Part shown: piece by piece, positions 24,731-34,703 of the stretch
Layout: every line of letters begins with the position of its first letter
Position numbering within the stretch: position 1 is the stretch's first letter
Notes under the pieces: generated by a model
Seen by the model: the letters and a program-made list of their open reading frames with translations, nothing else
Told to the model about the DNA's origin: nothing
Database searches by the model: none
Assembly (NCBI GenBank): GCA_030390025.1
Contig: CM059432.1
Coordinates: 14,758,001-14,822,000 of the forward strand
DNA from: Squalus acanthias
Taxonomy: Eukaryota
Direction of reading: 5' to 3'
Length of the DNA stretch: 64,000 nt
Made by a program: the position numbers and the translations under genes

Positions 24731-26789
24731 CAAAGATCTGATTAAAAATTGTAGCACTGGCAGACATTGAACAAGGGATTCCGGATGGTGTTAAAGAAAG
24801 GGTGGACCATGAGCATTACAAGATCCTATTACCTCAGCCACAATCTTTCCAGATGTTATCTCTCCGCTCCCTCAGAAACATAACCATTTTCTCACATTCT
24901 TAGTCCATGCATCACTCAGGGAACGGTCCCTGACACTAATGTAACCTTTATAGTGACAGTGCTTTAAATCATAGAAGGAACAAAACGACATGCTGGTCCA
25001 TTAAAACAGAACAAGTAAAGTCAATTGCATCGAGTAGACTTGGGGGGAGATCAGCAAAAATAAAATAAAATGATTCTCTGGGTAAGTGACCCTTGAGTAA
25101 GCTTCTCCTAGCCTGGTCTTGTTATTCAGTGGAAGCGTGCTGAAGTAAGCAAAAAAAAAATCTCTTAGGAAAATGGCTCTAAAACCATTTACTGCAATTT
25201 ACTGAAAGTAGCTCTATCACACCATGGGACCTGCCTGCAGGACTCTTACTCACACTTAAGCGATAACTATTTAACTCGCGCTGTTCATTTATTATTTCAT
25301 GCATGAACACAACTCTTGCAATCAGACTGTACATGACACGGAAGAGGCTCTCTTAAAGGCCAAGAGTGCCATCTTTCACCCTCCTGCTCTCTCACTGGAT
25401 TGTAAAAACCCGGCTAATATTTCCCTTCCCTCGCCCACAAAACCCAATCCTGTCAAGCTATTGATCTTATAAATATAAATAAGAATAATGGGAAGTGAAC
25501 CGCCAATAGTGACTATGTCAGTGTTAATTAATGTACAGTTGTTTAAACTAATAGGATTTTAATTGGTGTAGAAAGGTGTTAAGGGATATATTATTGTGTT
25601 TGTCATTTCCCTGCAGACAACAATGACACTGATCAGTGCAAACAGGAAAGACAAAAATGCAGTTGCAAATCATTGGGTTTTATTTATAACTATACCCAAT
25701 GTCTCAACCATGTCCCTTGACATCTATTACCTTGATCTTTAAAATATAAATTAGCAGATGGTTGACTGAAATTAAAGATACCGAGTGGCAGGCCTCTCGT
25801 CACAAGTTCCTGACAGAAATTTACATTTTAGAATACATTTTTGAATGCTCATCAAAAGAGATAGAGTGAAAATATTCAGCTACCAATAAGGATAAAAGTA
25901 GTCAGTTCAAGTGATAAGTATAAAATTGGTCCATCCTGAGCAGAACGATTACAAAGTGTTTGTGGCTATATCGTAAGGGTGGAGAGTTACTCCTGCAACT
26001 TCCATTGTGGCGACTATTCAAAACAGTTTTACGTTCCATTTACCCACTTTTATTCTGTGTCCAACATGACCAGCCCATTGTACACTCGTCTAAATGTCCT
26101 CCTCTTTTCTCTGAAGGCACTAACTTGGAATGCAACTCCACAGGGCCCAGCAGTCTTTCATTACCCACAATTCTTCAGCCCAGTTTCCCAGTTGACATTG
26201 CTTTAATGCCAGTGGTAACCCAGGTAACTAAGCCTGGCTGACATTTCCCTTTCCTCGCCCCTTGGTATTGGGCATTCTATTGCAGCCCCAGTTGCGATCA
26301 ACTCATTATAGATTTGGCACCAAAAGTAGAGCCTTTCTGATGTCTATGATTAGTCCCACACTGGGCGGAAGACTTTTAATTAAAGCTTTGTATTTTTATG
26401 TATTCTTTTTGTTGACTTTTCATTTTGTTTCATCTCTCCTTTCCTCTTAGGTGGTAACATGAGCTCAGGTACAATTGCACTGGTGGTGGCAGCCTCTTTC
26501 TATTCTTTTTCGTTTGTGAGCACGAATGAGATAATCAACTGTGGGAGTATTACAACTGACCCTGCTGGTAACTCAACAAAGTCGAGTAGCTGGACAGCAA
26601 TCAAGAGAAGAAATCCTGGCTGATTTCCTCCTCACTGGATCAGGTATGCTGTAATGGCCAATTGGTTCCTTAGTTTGAGATCAGCTTGCCCGAATTTAAC
26701 CTAGAACCTTCTTCGTCTGTGTGGCTCAGTGCCACATCACATCGCACACTGAACTTTTACTTTTCTCAGGCTAGAACACATCTTGTATT

Positions 26790-27772
26790 TGCTCCTGTGA
26801 TGTGGGCAATATTGGAAAGGCATTAAGAGCCACATATAGGCCAGACCAGTTAAAGGTGGTATACTCCCTTCCCTGAAGGACAATGGGGGAAAAATTCAGT
26901 TGGTTTGCGCCTCCCGTTAGCGCCTTAAGAGGGCGCAAATGGGGCGCAAAGCAACTAGCGCCCGGGTGCGGTGCCGCCCACGCCTCCCACGAAATTCAGT
27001 GGGAGGTTAGCGGCGGCGCTAATCGGTAGCGCCCTGTGGCGCTGCACCGCCGGCGATGATGTCATTGCCGTGCGCAGCGCCCCGCTCGCGCTCCGGCCGC
27101 GATCTTCGGTAGCGCCCCTTGACTTACCGCCGGACACTATGTCCGAAGGGGTCAGGGGGGCGGCGCTAGTTAAAGGGGAGTGGCGGGCGGCCATTTTTGT
27201 TGCTGGCCGCCTGCCAGCACCTGCCCCCATTGCTGTCACCGGCCCCCGTGAAGCCCCCCCCCGCGAAGTGCCGGCTGCGCTCCGAGTGCCGGCACTTCTC
27301 TTGAGTGCCGGGCTCTTTTGCCAGGCACTCCCGATCCCCGGGAGCCCAGCTGGGCCCCAGTTCACGCTGCGCAAGGCCCCTCCCCTTTAAGAAGGGGAGG
27401 AAGGCCTGCAATACCACGGTGCGACGTGCCGCAGCGACATAGCGCCACGATATTGACTCGCAGCGCCCCAAGAGGGATGCGGGCGCTTCCAGTAGCGCCT
27501 CGCTTCCCTCTTGGGGCGCAACCACTCAATTTCTGGCGCGGGGGCGCTAGTTTTTATGGGGCGCTAAAAGTAGTGCCCCGGCGAAGTTAGCGCCCCAAAG
27601 GGGGCACAACTCAATTTTTCCCCCAATAGCTTCACAACATTCTGGCAGCTTTCAGGGTCGTATTCTGGTGCTAGCTTGCAAATTACACAATTTCCAAGGT
27701 GCAGTGATGGGATTTGAACTCACAACCTTGAAGTTGCTAGTCCAGTGCTATAACCACCGGGCTACTGTACCC
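26790..27772 (-). mobile_element. tRNA-derived SINE (family of 2005-2826) split by a MITE
   Basis: ataggccagacc..cttccctgaaggaca lies left of the MITE; gggatttgaactc..ctagtccagtg..gctactgtaccc lies to the right. Confidence 0.7.
26885..27624. mobile_element. PIF/Harbinger MITE
   Basis: 18-bp TIR gggggaaaaattcagttg / caactcaatttttccccc (1 mismatch); TSD AAT; CpG-rich with many tagcgcc/ggcgcta motifs. Confidence 0.92.
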
Positions 27773-28146
27773 GATAGGGTCAGCTCCACATTCAGAGTTA
27801 GATTTAGATGCAGAAATTCCAATATTCAGAAAATCTGAATTTGAGTTACAGAATATAAAGCATTATCTACTGGGATACACGGCTTCTATGTGAATGTCTC
27901 CAAGTGCTTTTTAATTGACTTTTCTGATGGGAATCAGTGGATTTCAGTCAGCAGAAGCAGTTTGCACTATGCTATACTATTTGTTATTGGAGTGGAGACT
28001 GAGTTTGTTTTTATTAGCAAAATACACCTGTATTTTTGCAGAAAGTGCTATAACTTTATCATGTTGGGGAAAGGCCAATCTCTAGAGTGAGTATGGGCCT
28101 CTGACTCTCCGGTCTGCACTAAAAATCTAGGTACTAAATCAGCTCA

Positions 28147-31100
28147 ACACTAGTTAGGCCACAGCTAGAGTACTGCATACAGTTCTGGTCATCACATTAC
28201 AGGAAAGATGTGATCGCACTAGAGAGGGTACAGAGGAGATTTACGAGGATGTTGCCAGGACTGGAGAATTTTAGCTATGAGGAAAGATTGGATAGGCTTG
28301 TGTTGTTTTCTTTGGAACAGAGGAGGCCGAGGGGAGACTTAATTGAAGTGTATAAAATTATGAGGGGTCTAGATAGAGTGGATAGGAAGGACCTATTTCC
28401 CTTAGCAGAGATGTCAATAACCAGGGGGCATATATTTAAAGTAATTGGTAGAAAGATTACAGGATATAGAGGATATATAGGATTATAGGATATATAGGAT
28501 ATAGAGGAAAAAACAAGTCCGCCTGGAAGGCAGAGCAAATATGTAACGGCACAAGGGAGTATGGCAAGGCTGGATGGCATTTATATTAATGCAAGGAGTC
28601 TTGCGAGTAAGGCAGATGAATTGAAGGTGTTGATGAACACATGGGAGTATGATATTGTTGCTATCACAGAGACATGGTTCAGGGAGGGGCAGGACTGGCA
28701 GCTCAATATTCCGGGGTATAGAATCTTCAGGCGAGACAGAGGGGGGTGTAAAAGAGGAGGGGGTGTCGCAATATTAATCAAGGAGTCAATTACTGCTGTA
28801 AGGAGGGATGATATCTTAGCAGGTTCCTCTAATGAGGCCATATGGGTAGAACTTAAAAACAAAAAGGGGGCAAGCACTTTGCTGGGAGTGTACTATAGGC
28901 CCCCAAACAGTCAGGGGGAGATAGAGGAACAGATATGTAGGCAAATCTCAGAGATGTGTAGAAATAATAGGGTAATAATAGTAGGGGATTTCAACTTCCC
29001 CAGTATTAACTGGGATAGTCAGAGTGTGAAAGGCTTGGAGGGTGCGGAATTCTTAAAGTGCATCCAGGAGAGCTTTGTGAGCCAGCATGTAGAAAGTCCT
29101 ACAAGAAAGGGGGTGGTACTGGACCTAATTCTAGGGAATGTAGCCGGGCAAGTGGTAGAAGTGTCAGTAGGAGAGCATTTTGGTGACAGTGACCATAATT
29201 CGGTGAGATTTAAGGTAGTCATGGAAAAGGACAAAGATGGACCGGAAATAAAGGTTCTAAATTGGGGGAAGGCCGATTTTAATATGATAAGGCAGGATCT
29301 GGCCAAAGTGGATTGGGATCAGCTACTTGTAGGAAAATCCACATCAGAGCAGTGGGAGTCTTTCAGAAAGGAAATAGAGAGAGTACATCGGCAACATGTT
29401 CCCGTAAAGGTCAAGGGTGGGACCAACAAGCCCAGGGAACCCTGGATGTCAAGGGATATACAGGAATGGATTAGGAAAAAAAGGGAGGCTTTTGGCAGAT
29501 ACAAAGGACTAAAAACAGTGGAAGCCCGAGAGGAGTATAGAAAGTGCAGGGGGGTACTTAAAAAAGAAATTAGGAGAGCGAAGAGAGGGCATGAAATAAC
29601 ACTGGCGGGCAAAATAAAGGAAAATCCCAAGGTGTTTTATAAGTATATTAAGGGCAAGAGGATAACCAGGGAAAGAGTAGGGCCCATTAGGGACCAAAAT
29701 GGCAATCTGTGTGTAGAGCCGGAAGATGTGGGTGAGGTTTTAAATGAATATTTTGCATCTATGTTCACTATGGAGAAGGACGATATAGACACAGAAATCA
29801 GGCAGGGGGATTGTGATATACTTGAACAAATTAGTATTGAGAGGGAGGAGGTACTAGCGGTTTTAGCGGGCTTAAAAGTGGATAAATCCCCAGGCCCAGA
29901 CGAGATGTATCCCAGGCTGCTGTGTGAGGCAAGGGAGGTGATTGCAGGGGCTCTGACACAAATTTTCAGAACCTCTCTGGCCACAGGGGAGGTGCCAGAG
30001 GACTGGAGAACAGCTAATGTAGTACCATTATTCAAGAAGGGTAGTAGGGATAAACTAGGGAATTACAGGCCAGTGAGCCTAACATCAGTGGTAGGGAAAT
30101 TATTGGAAAAAATTCTGAGGGACAGAATTAGTCTCCACTTGGAGAGGCAAGGATTGATCAAGGATAGTCAGCATGGCTTTGTCAGGGGGAGATCATGTCT
30201 AACCAATTTGATTGAATTTTTAGAGGGGGTGACTAGGTGTGTGGATGAGGGTAGTGCAGTTCATGTAGTCTACATGGACTTCAGTAAGGCTTTTGACAAA
30301 GTCCCACATGGGAGACTGGTTAAGAAGGTAAGAGCCCATGGGATCCAGGGCAATTTGGCACATTGGATCCAAAATTGGCTTAGTGGCAGGAGGCAGAGGG
30401 TGGTGGTCGAAGGTTGTTTTTGTGACTGGAAGCCTGTGTCCAGTGGTGTACCGCAGGGATCGGTGCTGGGTCCTTTGCTGTTTGTAGTGTACATTAATGA
30501 TTTAGATATGAATGTAGGAGGTATGATCAGTAAGTTCGCAGATGACACGAAAATTGGTGGAGTGGTAAATAGCGAGGAGGGAAGCCTCAGGCTACAGGAC
30601 GATATAGACGGGTTGGTCAGATGGGCAGAACAGTGGCAAATGGAATTTAACCCTGAAAAGTGTGAGGTGATGCATTTTGGGAGGACTAACAAGGCAAGGG
30701 AATACACAATGAATGGTAGAATCCTAGGAAGGACAGAGGATCAGAAGGACCTTGGTGTGCATGTACATAGATCCCTGAAGGCAGCAGGACAGGTAGATAA
30801 GGTGGTTAAAAAGGCATATGGGATACTTGCCTTCATTAGCCGAGGCATAGAATATAAGAGCAGGGAGGTTATGATGGAGCTGTACAAAACGCTAGTTAGG
30901 CCACAGCTGAAATACTGTGTGCAGTTCTGGTCGCCACACTATAGGAAGGATGTGATTGCATTGGAGAGGGTGCAGAGGAGATTCACCAGGATGTTACCTG
31001 GGCTGGAGCGCTTCAGCTATGAAGAGAGACTGAACAGGCTGGGGTTGTTTTCCTTAGAGCAGAGAAGGCTGAGGGGGGACCTGATTGAGGTGTACAAAAT

Positions 31101-31700
31101 TATGAGGGGCATAGATAGGGTAGATAGAAAGGAACTTTTCCCCTTAGTAGAGGGCTCAATAACCAGGGGGCATAGCTTCAAGGTAAGGGGCAGGAGGTTT
31201 AGAGGGGATTTGAGGAAAAACTTTTTCACCCAGAGGGTGGTTGGAATCTGGAACTCACTGCCTGAAAGGGTGGTAGAGGCAGGAACCCTCACAACATTCA
31301 AGAAGCATTTAGATGAGCACTTGAATCGCCATAGCACACAAGGCTACGGACCAAGTGCTGGAAAATGGGATTAGAATAGATAGGGCTTGATGGCCATCGT
31401 GGACACGATGGGCCGAAGGGCCTCTTTCTGTGCTGTATAAATCTATGACTCTATGATTAGAGGGAAGTTGAGAAGAAATTTTTTCACCCAGAGGAACTCC
31501 CTGCCTGAAAGGGTGGTAGAGGCAGAAACCACTCATCACATTTAAAAAGTACTCAGATATGCACTTTAAGTGCCGTAACCTACAAGGCTATGGATCAAGA
31601 GCTGGAAAGTGGGATTGGACTGGATAGCTCTTTTTCGGCCAGCACAGACACAATGGGCCGAATGGCCTCCTTCTGTGGCGTAAATTTCTATGATTCTATG
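28147..31700 (+). mobile_element. Older CR1 3' fragment (28147-28459 and 31455-31700) hosting a young CR1
   Basis: gtaattggtagaaagatta continues as gattagagggaagttgag after the insert. Confidence 0.88.
28561..31374 (+). CDS. Uninterrupted CR1 LINE ORF2, APE endonuclease plus reverse transcriptase, 937 aa (element about 28508-31454; ORF1 absent)
   Basis: EN motifs NARSL, ITETW, YRPP, GDFN, SDH; RT motifs YRPVSL, QHGF, DFSKAFD, PQGSVLGP, FADD; 3' UTR with (ctatgact) tail. Confidence 0.96.
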   Translation: MARLDGIYINARSLASKADELKVLMNTWEYDIVAITETWFREGQDWQLNIPGYRIFRRDRGGCKRGGGVAILIKESITAVRRDDILAGSSNEAIWVELKNKKGASTLLGVYYRPPNSQGEIEEQICRQISEMCRNNRVIIVGDFNFPSINWDSQSVKGLEGAEFLKCIQESFVSQHVESPTRKGVVLDLILGNVAGQVVEVSVGEHFGDSDHNSVRFKVVMEKDKDGPEIKVLNWGKADFNMIRQDLAKVDWDQLLVGKSTSEQWESFRKEIERVHRQHVPVKVKGGTNKPREPWMSRDIQEWIRKKREAFGRYKGLKTVEAREEYRKCRGVLKKEIRRAKRGHEITLAGKIKENPKVFYKYIKGKRITRERVGPIRDQNGNLCVEPEDVGEVLNEYFASMFTMEKDDIDTEIRQGDCDILEQISIEREEVLAVLAGLKVDKSPGPDEMYPRLLCEAREVIAGALTQIFRTSLATGEVPEDWRTANVVPLFKKGSRDKLGNYRPVSLTSVVGKLLEKILRDRISLHLERQGLIKDSQHGFVRGRSCLTNLIEFLEGVTRCVDEGSAVHVVYMDFSKAFDKVPHGRLVKKVRAHGIQGNLAHWIQNWLSGRRQRVVVEGCFCDWKPVSSGVPQGSVLGPLLFVVYINDLDMNVGGMISKFADDTKIGGVVNSEEGSLRLQDDIDGLVRWAEQWQMEFNPEKCEVMHFGRTNKAREYTMNGRILGRTEDQKDLGVHVHRSLKAAGQVDKVVKKAYGILAFISRGIEYKSREVMMELYKTLVRPQLKYCVQFWSPHYRKDVIALERVQRRFTRMLPGLERFSYEERLNRLGLFSLEQRRLRGDLIEVYKIMRGIDRVDRKELFPLVEGSITRGHSFKVRGRRFRGDLRKNFFTQRVVGIWNSLPERVVEAGTLTTFKKHLDEHLNRHSTQGYGPSAGKWD

Positions 31701-31844
31701 AATACCATCTCCACATCATAGTTCACCCATCAGACTCTCGTCCTTTTATTATCATATAAATCAGCCATTCTTAATAATAAGTATTGTACAACCTCCTTCT
31801 TATGCTGTGGATATCAAATTAGCTCAACCCAACAAAAAAGACTG

Positions 31845-32161
31845 TGGCCTCGATATAACTCTCTCCACAATGGGCGGGAGAGGGTCAGTGGGTGGGAGGT
31901 TTAAATTAAAAACCGAGGAACCCGTCATCAGCCCGTCGAGTACGCGCCCATTGCCATTTTTGCGGTGGCAGGTAACGTGTCCTGCGAGTGTCCCGCCCTC
32001 AATTTGGCTGGCTGCCAGGGGAGGAACGGAAGAAAAACATTAAAATGAGGTCCTGCCGTTAAATTCGGCAGGACCTCCGCGTCCCCGGCCTTGCCCGGAT
32101 TTCCCTGCGCTGCCGTGCTCCCCCCGCACCCTTCCCCGCCTCCCCGTAAATGTCAGGTCCC
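31845..32161. mobile_element. Probable short Harbinger-type MITE
   Basis: GC-rich island with termini ggcctcgatataac and gtaaatgtcaggtccc; internal hairpin gaggtcctgccg/cggcaggacctc. Confidence 0.5.
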
Positions 32162-33671
32162 GTGTGTGCTCGTTCTATATTTCTAAGCTGTCTGCCCCGC
32201 ATTGGACTTAGTGATTTCAGACCTGTTTTGCTTCACATTGGCAACCAGCTCTCTACTCGTTGGTTTGTGGCAACCTAACGATTTATAAAATTCACACAAT
32301 GCGCAAATGCAAAGGAAAATGGTTGATTTTTTAAATAAAGTTCCACGATGGGTGACAAATGGAGTTGTTTGCGAAAAATGCAGGCTGCCAAGAATGAATA
32401 TAAGGTAGCGCAGCCGGTGCAGGGATTGGTGCTCTCAGAGTCCTGATCCTTACCAGATCAATCTATTCCAATTGCAGAAAACAAATCCAATAGCTTAGAG
32501 AGAATCTGCATTCCAGCCAAGTCGCTGAACACGGTTAAGGCTAAATTGGACTCGGTGACAATAATTTTGCAGATGCTGATGTTTTTTAAAAAAACTTTGT
32601 ACACATCCTACTTGAGTTCTTCCTGCACCATTGCACAAAGCAGCATTACTGCTAACAGTGGTGTAGTGATCCACAACTTTCAGTCAGAATGCCCGAGGAA
32701 CTGATCTTCAATTCAGAATATGAGTAAATAAGGACTCTTTAGATGCTGTTTTCTAACTTAAAGTATTGTTTTCTCACAGCATTCAAAAATGATCCATACT
32801 GTTTTATACCAATTATGTGATTAACTCTTAATGGATAAGCACCTTGGGACTCTTTACTACTTTAAAGGCGTTTTATGACTGCAAACTGTTGTTGTTAAGA
32901 ATAAGCTCATGTCAAGGGTGCAGCCTGAACATTAATCTTCTACTGCATTGATTGGGGGTAATTTTGACTTTGGGTGAGGTTTAAAATGGGCGATATCGAT
33001 TCAGATGCCCATTATGTATCTCTCCTGATTTTTATTTCCACTGACTTCCCTCCATCCCAAAACAGAAACACAAATGAAAGCAATTGGCTCTGAACAGCAA
33101 ATGGTTCAACTGACAGCAAAGGGTTAATCTCCTGAGAAAAGAATTAAAGCACTTACGCGACTGAACAGTTCCCCCACACTGTCATATTGCTCAATGAGAT
33201 TTTCTTCTTCGTTTGTGCTGATTATTTCCCCGTGCTTAGCTTTCTAAAGTCTATTAAGAGCATATTAATGATAATAATTATCTATAGTTTTAATGTTGAA
33301 ATGATAATGTAGCTTCTTAACCAAAGCCATTTTCGGCAATTATTTTAATTGGTGCTGATAAGATAGTGATCCGGAGTGATTGCCAGACTTGCTGCTTTCT
33401 ACTTGAAATCATCACCCAATCTCTTTGTCTGACTTAAGGAAATTGCTCTTTATACAACTTTCTCTTTTTTATTGAGAAATGTTGCTGCGCTTGCTGCTTG
33501 AATATAACTGAGCCTCTCTGAACACTGGCTCTCTGCGTTCTTCCCCATTTTCTTCTCTGTCCTGTTGAATGTGTTTTTTTTAAATGTGTGGATGACAGGT
33601 GAGGACAGGATCAGACTCAGCTGTGGCGTTCTCCATGGTCATCGAGCCTCAAGAGACTCCTAGATAAAGAA

Positions 33672-34240
33672 CTTAAGGCCATAAGAACCAGGAGCAGAAG
33701 TAGATCATAACGCCGCTCGAGCCTGCTCCACCATTCAATCAGATCATGGCTGGTCTTCGACCGCAACTCCACTTTCCCGCCCGATCCCCACATCCCTTGA
33801 TTCCCGTTAGTGTCCAAAAATCTATCCATCTCAGTCTTGAATATACTCAACGACTCAGCCTCCACAGCCCTCTGGGGTAGAAAATTCAAAAGATTCACAA
33901 CCCTCTGAGTGAAGAGATTTCTCCTCATCTCAGTCCTAAATGGCTGACCCCTGATCCTGGGACTGTGACCTCTCGTTCTAGACGCTCCAGTCATGGGAAA
34001 CAGCCTCTCAGCATCTACCCGGTCAAGCCCTCTAAGAATTTTACATGTTTCAATGAGATCACCTCTCATTCTTCGACACTCCAGAGAATATAGGCCTATT
34101 CTACTCAAGCTCCCCTCATATGACAACCCTCTCATCTCAGGAATCAATCTAGTGAACTTTCGTTGCACCGCCTCCAAGGCAAGTATATCCTTCCTTAGGT
34201 TAGGAGACCAAAACTGTACAAAGACATGAGTTCTCACCAT
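33672..34240 (-). mobile_element. CR1 3' fragment
   Basis: ORF 33617-34240, VQFWSP..RRMRGDLIET. Confidence 0.9.
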
Positions 34241-34492
34241 CAGCTATTGTAACTTCAGTGGAAGACTGGCGGAAACCCCTTTTACGCATCTATTCAGGGC
34301 GTCCGTTCATCGTCCACCGAAGTTATGGTGGCTGATCAGGAGAACGGCAGAGAAAATTCCCAGCGATGGTATCAGAGAGCGCCCAGCTGCTGTGAAAACT
34401 TATACCAGCAGGAACCAGCAACTTTAGGAAAAGAGGGAAAAGAATTGAAGAAAAAAAGTGGAACTGAGAGAGAGCAGCGGCAGCAACATACA

Positions 34493-34703
34493 GAGCGGGA
34501 GCGGAGGAGGCCCAGGACACAGTGGACCTGAGCAGGAGCGGAGGAGGCCCAGGACACAGTGGGCCTGAGCGGGAGAGGAGGAGGCCCAGGACACAGTGGA
34601 CCTGAGCGGGAGCGGAGGAGGCCCAGGACACAGTGGACCTGAGCAGGCCCTGGACACAGTGGGCCTGAGCAGGAGCGGAGGAGGCCCAGGACACAGCGGA
34701 CCT
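34493..34703. repeat. 37-bp GC-rich minisatellite (5 full units plus one 26-bp deleted unit)
   Basis: Unit gagcRggagcggaggaggcccaggacacagtggRcct. Confidence 0.95.

Noticed and set aside
26955..27590. Overlapping GC-rich ORFs and a CpG-island-like promoter
   Set aside because: Entirely within a TIR/TSD-bounded MITE; stop-poor frames are expected at high GC.
33150..33240. Minus-strand GTAAGT donor preceded by an open frame (EIISTNEEENLIEQYDSVGELFSR)
   Set aside because: No match to PTPRM as I know it and no convincing acceptor; a cryptic exon cannot be supported without RNA data.
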